From sequence record SRR31156797_635: DNA of 44,121 bases. The stretch is one strand, 5' to 3'. The first letter of the stretch is position 1; the number at the start of each line of letters is the position of its first letter. Shown here piece by piece: positions 29,207-37,083 of this stretch. A program made the position numbers and the translations under genes. A model generated the notes under the pieces. The model saw nothing but the letters and a program-made list of their open reading frames with translations. It made no database searches and was not told the DNA's origin.

Positions 29207-29254
29207 TATTGTTAAGAAGTGTGTGCAGTTTTTCTGCATCACTTCCTAACAGTA
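29207..29254 (+). other. Long imperfect stem-loop after susD, no U tract
   Basis: TATTGTTAAGAAGTG..TGCAG-TTTTT-CTGCA.CACTTCCTAACAGTA. Confidence 0.55.
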
Positions 29255-29283
29255 CTCCATTGTATTCTCAAATTTAAATAGGA

Positions 29284-30432
29284 ATGTATACAAAACTGAC
29301 AACAGTTTTGCTCTTGTTACTATTCGTTATTTCGAATGGTGCTATGGCAAAAACATCTTTAAACGAAGATAATAAAGTAGGTATTTCTTTCAATCACAAC
29401 AGCTGGAGTGAAATTTTGGAAGAAGCAAAAACACAGGATAAACTCATCTTTGTAGATTGTTATACTACTTGGTGTGGTCCTTGTAAAATGATGGCTAAAA
29501 CAGTATTTACAGATCAGGAAGTTGGAGAATATTTTAATCAACAATTTGTGAATGTAAAGTTGGATATGGAAAAAGAGCCAGGAATTTCTTTAAAAGCCAA
29601 ATTTGGCATAAATGCATACCCAACATTACTAATAATTGATGCAGACGAAAATATTGTTCACAAACTGGTGGGAGCAATGCCTAAAGCTGAATTTTTAAGT
29701 TTCGCCAAGGAAGCAAATGGAACACATTCCTTATCTGCATTTCATAAAAAGTATCAGGAAAAAGGAGTGTCGGATGCAGATTTTGTTTTTGAATACATAA
29801 AAAAGTTGGAGACGGCTGGAGAGAAATCAATTCTTAATGATGTAGTTGAGTGCTATTTCAAAAAAATAAACAAGAAGGCTTTAGTGGAAAAAGCAAATTG
29901 GGATGTCTTAAATAAGTACGTTCATAGTATTCATAATGACGCTTTCCAATATCTGTTATCCAATAAGAAAAAGTTTGTGGACGCATACGGAGAAAAGGCA
30001 ATTGAAGATAAGGTTTATTTCACCTTTTTAAGAGAGGGAAATGGTTTGTGTGATAAGCAAGAGGATGGGAAATATAGTTTAAATCAGAATCGAAAAGAAA
30101 ATTTTATCGCTGAACTGAATAAGAATGAGCTTAAGAATAAAAATAGAATTCTGGCTTATTCTGAAATAAGTACGGCAAGAACTACGGGAAACTGGTCAGT
30201 CTACATTGCTTCTATTTCGAAGTATTTAGAGGCGAATGTGATCGATAAAGGAGCGATGTCCTTGTACAACTATGCATTGCCAATTGATAGAGCTGTTAGC
30301 GATATTGAGTTAAGAAAAGAAGCTGCTAAATGGTGCAAATTGGGAATAAAGATTGAAGGTTTAAGTGAAGGATACATCAATGCATTCAAGAACTTACAAA
30401 AACAACTAAACACAGTTCGAAAAGATCAATAA
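29284..30432 (+). CDS. Exported thioredoxin-family protein (N-terminal Trx fold, C-terminal helical region)
   Basis: Signal peptide ending AMA, IFVDCYTTWCGPCKMM and cis-Pro loop NAYPT. Confidence 0.88.
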   Translation: MYTKLTTVLLLLLFVISNGAMAKTSLNEDNKVGISFNHNSWSEILEEAKTQDKLIFVDCYTTWCGPCKMMAKTVFTDQEVGEYFNQQFVNVKLDMEKEPGISLKAKFGINAYPTLLIIDADENIVHKLVGAMPKAEFLSFAKEANGTHSLSAFHKKYQEKGVSDADFVFEYIKKLETAGEKSILNDVVECYFKKINKKALVEKANWDVLNKYVHSIHNDAFQYLLSNKKKFVDAYGEKAIEDKVYFTFLREGNGLCDKQEDGKYSLNQNRKENFIAELNKNELKNKNRILAYSEISTARTTGNWSVYIASISKYLEANVIDKGAMSLYNYALPIDRAVSDIELRKEAAKWCKLGIKIEGLSEGYINAFKNLQKQLNTVRKDQ

Positions 30433-30477
30433 TCATTGATCAATAGGGATAATTAACTGATATAATCAAAGAACCAA

Positions 30478-31737
30478 ATGAATAGAATAATCAAATTAGT
30501 AGCATTTGTACTTATTGGCATTTGTATTGGAGGTAATGTAAATGCGCAGAATAGATCTGTTGAATTTGAGCATACCGCTTGGAAAAAAGTGCTAAAAAAG
30601 GCAAAGAAAGAAAAGAAGCTGATATTTGTTGACTGCTATACCTCTTGGTGTGGACCATGTAAAATGATGGCAAAAGACGTCTTTACTCAAGATCATGTGG
30701 CTGACTATTTCAACGAAAATTTTGTGAATTTTAAAATTGACATGGAAAAAGGAGAAGGTCCCGATCTAAAGCCAGGCTGGAAGATTAATGCTTATCCTAC
30801 TTTCCTTGTAATTAATGTTGAAGGAGAAGTTATTCATAGAGTGGTTGGAGCTTATGGAGCGGATGAATTTATCAATTACATAAAGGATGCACAGACCGAG
30901 GATAAGAATTTTGCCGCTTTAGAAAAGGCTTATGCTGATGGAAAGCGCAATGGTGAATTTATGTTTTCGTATTTACGCGCTTTGCGATTGGCGAATCTTT
31001 CTAAGGAAGAATCCCGAAAAGCCAATAAGTACATTTCAAGTCTTCCTAAAGAAGATTTATTGAAGAAGGAAAATTGGAACATCATTAAATATTTCATGAA
31101 GAATCCTCTAACTGATGAATTTAGATTTGTTGTAAAGAACAGAGATCAATTTGCCAAAATGCTTGGAGAAAAGGAGATTGATGAGAAGATATACAACACC
31201 TATAGTAAGAAGATAGAATCCTTTGCCTATTTCTATCCAGGCAATGGAAAAGAATACGATAAAGCAGGATTTGACAGAATGATTCAAGATTTACAAGCTG
31301 CAGATTTTTATAGAAACAAGGAGTTGATAGCACTTGCGCTTAAGAATGAATATTCCAGACAGAACGATTGGAGTAAGTATGCTAGCGTTATTGATGCAGC
31401 TATGGATTTTGCCTTGTTAAAGAATTACGAAAAAGAGTTCGCTTATTATGATTCGGCAGCCTCAATGATTGCAACAGCGTCGAAAGATAAAGAGATGTTA
31501 CAAAGAGCTCTACGTTGGGCAACATATGCTGCAGAAAATGAAGAGAGAGTAGAGCACAAATCCGGATATTTAGCAACCAAGGCAAATTTGCTTGAATTGG
31601 TTGGAAAGGCTGAAGAAGCAAAATCGGCTAAGTTGGAATCGGAAAAAGCAGATAAGGCTGCCGAGAAAGCTGGTACTAAAATCATTTCTATTCCTGCATT
31701 TAAAATGGGTGGAATGAAACCAGCGAAGAAGAAATAA
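30478..31737 (+). CDS. Exported thioredoxin-family protein, paralogue of the preceding gene, with TPR-like C-terminus
   Basis: Signal peptide ending VNA, IFVDCYTSWCGPCKMM, NAYPT and an Ala-rich helical C-terminus. Confidence 0.88.
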   Translation: MNRIIKLVAFVLIGICIGGNVNAQNRSVEFEHTAWKKVLKKAKKEKKLIFVDCYTSWCGPCKMMAKDVFTQDHVADYFNENFVNFKIDMEKGEGPDLKPGWKINAYPTFLVINVEGEVIHRVVGAYGADEFINYIKDAQTEDKNFAALEKAYADGKRNGEFMFSYLRALRLANLSKEESRKANKYISSLPKEDLLKKENWNIIKYFMKNPLTDEFRFVVKNRDQFAKMLGEKEIDEKIYNTYSKKIESFAYFYPGNGKEYDKAGFDRMIQDLQAADFYRNKELIALALKNEYSRQNDWSKYASVIDAAMDFALLKNYEKEFAYYDSAASMIATASKDKEMLQRALRWATYAAENEERVEHKSGYLATKANLLELVGKAEEAKSAKLESEKADKAAEKAGTKIISIPAFKMGGMKPAKKK

Positions 31738-31836
31738 GAAACATCAAACTACAGATTTATTGTAGTGATATTAAGGCAAAAAGGGTCTGATTAAATTTTA
31801 AATAAATTATTCAATAAACATTATATAATTAAAAAG

Positions 31837-32976
31837 ATGAGAACAATATTAATCGCACTAATTAGTGTATTGTTATTTAGCTGTACACAACAGCCAGCAA
31901 ATAATGAAATTACCATTAAAGGGAATGTGAAGTTTCCAGATAATACTTTTAAAATGCAGATTATCAAACGATCTGGTTTTGATAAGCAAATTATCGATTC
32001 GGTAGAACTAAATGCTGATAACAACTATGAGTTTAAAATGAAGGTTGATAAGCCAGGTGTTTATACTTTGGATTGTCAAAAATGGCAATCGGTTCAATTC
32101 TGGGCAGAAGATGAGGATCTTGAAATCGATTTTCGTGGACAGGATACGGCGAAAATAAAAATTAAAAACCCACCATTTGTATATATTAATGGTGGTAAGA
32201 ATAATGAAGTAATGAACTTGTTAAATTTCAATTATTATCGTTCTTACCAAGGCATGATTGCAGCCGGAAAAATTATGTATCAGGCTTCATTATCAGACAG
32301 TAAAGAATGGAAAGAAAGTGCAGCTGAAGGTTATAACAGAAATTACGTACAAAGCGACGCCTACATGCGTTATGTTGCTGAGCATTATGCCGATCGTAAT
32401 TCAATTATTACTGTATTAAGTTCATTAAGAAAAGAGAGTGATAAAGAGCTAAAAGAGAAAATATTAAAAACTTTAGAAGCTAAAAATCCAAATTATCAGC
32501 CATTGTTAGATTATAAGAAAGCACTAGCTGAAGCCAAGGCTGCAAAAGAGAAAATGCAGGTTGGAAAAGTAGCTCCTGATTTCTCATTTCCAACTAAAAA
32601 GGGAGATAAGAATTACGGACCAAAGGATTTTCGTGGAAAGTATGTAATTATTGATTTTTGGGCATCATGGTGTGGTCCTTGTCGTCAGGAAATTCCTCAT
32701 TTAAAAGAAGAGTACGAAAAGTATCATGATAAAGGCTTGGAAATGTTAAGCGTTTCTTTGGATAAGAGCAAGAATGCCTGGATGAAAGCAATGCGCAAGG
32801 AGAAAATGCCTTGGGCACAAGTGTGTGCTCCTAATGCAGGAAAAGACATTATGAAAGAGTATCAATTTTCGGGAATTCCTTTCATTATTTTATTGGATAA
32901 AGAAGGTAAGATAGTGGCTAAGAACTTAAGAGGAGAGAAAATGTCTGAGGTTTTGAAAGATTTATTTGAAAAATAA
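31837..32976 (+). CDS. TlpA/ResA-family disulfide reductase lipoprotein (N-terminal accessory domain plus redoxin domain)
   Basis: Lipobox [30 protein letters not shown] and [12 protein letters not shown]. Confidence 0.9.
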   Translation: MRTILIALISVLLFSCTQQPANNEITIKGNVKFPDNTFKMQIIKRSGFDKQIIDSVELNADNNYEFKMKVDKPGVYTLDCQKWQSVQFWAEDEDLEIDFRGQDTAKIKIKNPPFVYINGGKNNEVMNLLNFNYYRSYQGMIAAGKIMYQASLSDSKEWKESAAEGYNRNYVQSDAYMRYVAEHYADRNSIITVLSSLRKESDKELKEKILKTLEAKNPNYQPLLDYKKALAEAKAAKEKMQVGKVAPDFSFPTKKGDKNYGPKDFRGKYVIIDFWASWCGPCRQEIPHLKEEYEKYHDKGLEMLSVSLDKSKNAWMKAMRKEKMPWAQVCAPNAGKDIMKEYQFSGIPFIILLDKEGKIVAKNLRGEKMSEVLKDLFEK

Positions 32977-33011
32977 GAGTTTAAAGATTGTTCAATTAAA
33001 ATATTAAAAGG

Positions 33012-33047
33012 GGAAGTCCCAATTACCTCTTGGTGGTTGGGACTTTT
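33012..33047 (+). terminator. Stem-loop after the tlpA-like gene, possible weak terminator
   Basis: AAGTCCCAATTACC-TCTT-GGTGGTTGGGACTT with only a short T tail. Confidence 0.55.
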
Positions 33048-33066
33048 CACAGAATAAATTTAAAAT

Positions 33067-33585
33067 ATGAAAAAATATTTGATTTTAGTAGTGGCTCTAT
33101 TGTCTATAAATATTGGCACATCTGTAGCACAGAGTGCCATGACCGCAGCTACAAAAGTGCCACCGACACTTCAAAGAGAAGGTGTTATTAACGCCACTCC
33201 TGATGAAGTTTGGAAATTAATTTCTGTATTGGATAAAGTAAATGAATACAATTCAGAATTGGTTCAATCGGTAGAAAAAGAAGGAGATGGTTATGAAGCA
33301 TACCGTTTGGTAAAAATGACAGATGGAACCGAACGAGGAGAAGAGATTACTGTTTTTGCAAAATCGAGTAAACGAATTTGTTTTAGATCAGAAGATTCTC
33401 AATACCCGGTAGAGTACTATGTGGTGAATTACTACATAAAACCTTCGGGTAAAAATAAATGTAAGTTAAGTTTGGAGTGTTATTTCAAGGTTAATAAAGG
33501 TGCTCCTAAAACTAAAACCTACAAGGCAATTGGCAAGGAACTTTCTACAACAATTAAGGGATTACAAAATTATTTTTCAAAATAA
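33067..33585 (+). CDS. SRPBCC/START (polyketide-cyclase-like) fold protein with signal peptide
   Basis: Signal peptide ending SVA. INATPDEVWKLI is the SRPBCC N-terminal signature. Ends in an amphipathic helix (TIKGLQNYF). Confidence 0.72.
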   Translation: MKKYLILVVALLSINIGTSVAQSAMTAATKVPPTLQREGVINATPDEVWKLISVLDKVNEYNSELVQSVEKEGDGYEAYRLVKMTDGTERGEEITVFAKSSKRICFRSEDSQYPVEYYVVNYYIKPSGKNKCKLSLECYFKVNKGAPKTKTYKAIGKELSTTIKGLQNYFSK

Positions 33586-33736
33586 ACCGATTTTTTGAAC
33601 AAATATTGTCCATGTTTTCACCTTAAAGTGAATTTAACTTGTCTTTATAGTATAGACATATAAGTTGAATTATCATGATATTCTGGATATGGCTCAATTT
33701 TTGGGTTAAACATCAGTAAACTAAAATTATAAACGT

Positions 33737-34207
33737 ATGAAAAGTAAGATTACCGTGTTGTTTGCTCTTTTATTATTGGGAAGCACAGTTTCAATTGCAC
33801 AGATTTTAAAACCTGCGAAGTGGTCTTCAGAATTATCGAAGAAAGAGATTAAGGTGGGTGATGAGATTGAAATTATTTTTAAAGCTACAATTGATAAGAG
33901 CTGGCATTTGTATTCTAACGATTTTGACCCAGAATTGGGACCAATATTAATAGAATTTGACTTTGAAGAGGATGCAAGTTATGTGAGAATTGGTAAAGTA
34001 AAACCAATGAATGCAGTAAAGCATTACGACAAAATTTGGGAAGGCGATGTAAGTTATTTCGAGAATACTGCTGAAATGCGTCAAAAAATAAAAGTGAAAA
34101 GTTTGCCCTTACATATCGAAGGAACATTTGATTTTCAGACATGTTCAGACAAAAGTGGACAATGTGTAATGGGTGATGATGAATTTGAATTCAATTATCC
34201 TAACTAA
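33737..34207 (+). CDS. Stand-alone DsbD N-terminal (nDsbD/alpha) domain protein, exported
   Basis: Signal peptide, ATIDKSWHLYS and Cys pair CSDKSGQC. My manual alignment gives 94/125 identical residues with the N-domain of the next gene. Confidence 0.88.
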   Translation: MKSKITVLFALLLLGSTVSIAQILKPAKWSSELSKKEIKVGDEIEIIFKATIDKSWHLYSNDFDPELGPILIEFDFEEDASYVRIGKVKPMNAVKHYDKIWEGDVSYFENTAEMRQKIKVKSLPLHIEGTFDFQTCSDKSGQCVMGDDEFEFNYPN

Positions 34208-34317
34208 CATTTTACAATAGTGAATTTCTTTGCTTCATTTCTTACTATGATATAAAATGAAACTTGGTTTGGACAAGGTGACATCTTATTCCTGAATGGT
34301 TCAGGTAATTGAAATGT

Positions 34318-34354
34318 AAGAACCCCTCGGTTAAATACTGAGGGGTTTCTTTTT
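34318..34354 (+). terminator. Intrinsic terminator after the nDsbD gene
   Basis: AACCCCTCGGT-TAAAT-ACTGAGGGGTT followed by TCTTTTT. Confidence 0.8.
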
Positions 34355-34730
34355 GCTTGTTTTGAATAATGCAGATCTGATTGCTATCAATCAGCACTTA
34401 ATTAAGAGAAAAACGACAAAAAAATAAATTTAATTTCAAGATCAATTTTTATCTAATCTAGATTGTATTAAAAAGTATTGATTGTAGGTTATCAGATTGT
34501 TTAGTCTTATCATGATAAACAAAATAATAAGATGAATGATAACAATTAGCATTGTAAATGCCTTATCCTGAACAAATATTAGTAAGAATTTTCCATTTTC
34601 TTTTCACCCTATTCTTCTTTTTGCTTGTCTATAAGGCAAAGGTAAAAACCTAAAAAAATCAAACTAAATCAACCCAACAAGTTGGACTCGGAATAATAGG
34701 GACGTTTCCAATAAATAAAAAGACTGAAAA

Positions 34731-36725
34731 ATGAGAGGTAAAAGTACAATCCTTGCCATTTTATTAATGGTGTTTAGCGGACTATCTTTTGGACAGGTAA
34801 TTGAACCAGCCAAATGGAAAGTTGAATTCTCAAAGAAAGATGTTAAAGTCGGTGATCAAATAGATCTTGTTTTTAAAGCAACAATTGATAAAGACTGGCA
34901 TGTTTACTCCAACGATTTCGATCCTGAATTGGGACCCATAGTAATTACTTTCGATTTCAAGGCTAACTCAAGTTACGAAAGAATAGGGGAAATAAAGCCA
35001 ATGAATGCACACAAGCATTACGATAAAATTTGGGAGGGTGATGTAAGCTACTTCGAAAATGAAGGAGAGATGCGTCAAAGCATTAAAGTGAAAGAATTGC
35101 CTTTAAAAGTAGAGGGGACTTTCGAATACCAAACCTGTTCCGATGTTACCGGACAATGTGTGATGGGAGATGATGAGTTTAGTTTACAACTTGGTCATGC
35201 AGATGAAAAAACTGCGATTACTGCTGAGGCTACACCCAATGATAAAGCCAAAGGGGATACTAAAGGACTTTGGGCAATTTTTATTGCAGCCTTTCTTGGT
35301 GGACTAATTGCAATTGTTACACCATGCGTATTTCCTATGATTCCAATGACGGTTAGTTATTTCATGCACAGTGGTGGCGGTAATAAGGCAAAAGGTAGAA
35401 TGAATGCATTCTTTTATGGTTTTTCTATCATTGCAATTTATACGGTTGTAGGAACAATACTAGCGGTTGTAATGGGACCTGATTTTGCCAATTTTTTGAG
35501 TACACATTGGTTTCCTAATATATTATTCTTTGTCATCTTCGTTGTATTTGCTTTCTCATTCTTTGGAATGTTTGAAATTACAATGCCGAGCTGGATGGTG
35601 AACAAATCTGTTGCAAATGAAGACAAAGGTGGTTTTATGGGCTCATTTTTTATGGCTTTCACCTTGGTGTTGGTTTCATTCTCATGTACTGGTCCAATTG
35701 TAGGATCAATCCTTGTAGCTTCAGCCGGAGGAGAAGTATTGATGCCAATTATTGGAATGTTAGGGTTCTCATTGGCGTTTGCTTTGCCATTTACCTTGTT
35801 TGCAATCTTCCCGGGATGGTTAAACAATCTTCCTAAGTCGGGTGGTTGGTTAAACTCGGTAAAAGTTGTATTAGGATTCCTGGAGTTGGCATTGGGTTTA
35901 AAATTCTTAAGTGTTGCCGACCAGACCTACCATTGGGGTATTCTGGATAGAGAAGTATATCTGGCAATTTGGATTGTGATCTTCACATTATTGGGACTTT
36001 ATCTATTAGGAAAACTAATGTTCTCTCACGATAGTCCGGTTAAAACCGTAAGTGTACCGCGCTTGATGTTAGCCATAGCTTCATTCTCATTTGTTGTGTA
36101 TATGATTCCGGGAATGTTTGGAGCTCCTTTAAAAATGCTATCCGGATTTACTCCTCCTCAAGCAACTCACGATTTCGATATAAATCAGATTGTAAGAGCG
36201 AATTCGGGTGGTAGTTCGGTGCAAAAAAGAGTACATGAGGCAAAATATGCGGATTTCTTGCACCTTCCGCATGGATTGTATGGCTATTTCGATTATGAAG
36301 AAGCATTGGCTGTATCAAAAAAAGAGAACAAACCATTATTTATCGATTTTACAGGACATGGTTGTGTAAACTGTCGTGAGATGGAATCCAATGTATGGTC
36401 AGATCCTCAGGTTTTAAAAAGATTGCAGGAGGACTTTATTGTAGTTGCTCTTTATGTAGATGACAAAACAAAATTGCCAAAAGAAGATTGGTACGTATCT
36501 GAATACGATGGCAAGAAAAAGAAGACATTGGGAAAACAAAATGCCGATTTACAAATCCGTAAATACAATGTAAATGCACAGCCTTATTACTGTTTGTTAG
36601 ATGCAAAAGGGAATGATTTAACAGAACCTACAGCTTATGATTTGGATGTCGAAAAATTCGTGAAGTTCCTGGATGAGGGAAAAAAGAATTTTAAGCAAAG
36701 TAGAACAGCTCAAATTCTTAAATAA
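34731..36725 (+). CDS. dsbD: Thiol:disulfide interchange protein DsbD (nDsbD + transmembrane + Trx domains)
   Basis: All three Cys pairs are present: CSDVTGQC; TPCVFPMIP and FSCTGP; FTGHGCVNC. Also LPKSGGWL. Confidence 0.93.
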   Translation: MRGKSTILAILLMVFSGLSFGQVIEPAKWKVEFSKKDVKVGDQIDLVFKATIDKDWHVYSNDFDPELGPIVITFDFKANSSYERIGEIKPMNAHKHYDKIWEGDVSYFENEGEMRQSIKVKELPLKVEGTFEYQTCSDVTGQCVMGDDEFSLQLGHADEKTAITAEATPNDKAKGDTKGLWAIFIAAFLGGLIAIVTPCVFPMIPMTVSYFMHSGGGNKAKGRMNAFFYGFSIIAIYTVVGTILAVVMGPDFANFLSTHWFPNILFFVIFVVFAFSFFGMFEITMPSWMVNKSVANEDKGGFMGSFFMAFTLVLVSFSCTGPIVGSILVASAGGEVLMPIIGMLGFSLAFALPFTLFAIFPGWLNNLPKSGGWLNSVKVVLGFLELALGLKFLSVADQTYHWGILDREVYLAIWIVIFTLLGLYLLGKLMFSHDSPVKTVSVPRLMLAIASFSFVVYMIPGMFGAPLKMLSGFTPPQATHDFDINQIVRANSGGSSVQKRVHEAKYADFLHLPHGLYGYFDYEEALAVSKKENKPLFIDFTGHGCVNCREMESNVWSDPQVLKRLQEDFIVVALYVDDKTKLPKEDWYVSEYDGKKKKTLGKQNADLQIRKYNVNAQPYYCLLDAKGNDLTEPTAYDLDVEKFVKFLDEGKKNFKQSRTAQILK

Positions 36726-37083
36726 ATTTTAAAAACGATATAGGTAAGATGAATTAGTTAGTAAGTTTTCAGCTTGTGATTGAAAACATGGTTAGTGATT
36801 GTGGTCATGGATGACAGGGATAATTTCCTGTTATCCGACCAAACTTAAAGATTCATCCAATAAAATAGAACAAGAACAAATGCTAGTTAGTGGTTAAGAG
36901 CAGGGCTGTCAAGAAACTTAGCCCATATCTGATCTAACTCCCTGCTCTTCCTTTTACCCATAAAAACCAATTGCCTAAACCAATTCTTTTAGAAGCACTG
37001 TAGACGGAACTGCTTAAAAAGAAATAGAATCTCGGACTAAGAGTACTCTCGGAATGATTTTGAGATAACTAAAAAACAACAAA

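Noticed and set aside
8634-29207. Exact 16-mer TTTATACTCAAGTTTT at 8634-8649 (before tdh) and 29192-29207 (before the first thioredoxin)
   Set aside because: A single AT-rich 16-mer match within 44 kb is about what chance would give. It is not palindromic and has no exact third copy.
33737-34730. nDsbD ORF as a frameshifted dsbD pseudogene
   Set aside because: The downstream DNA shows no remnant of the DsbD transmembrane coding sequence and contains a terminator, and the ORF ends at the domain boundary.
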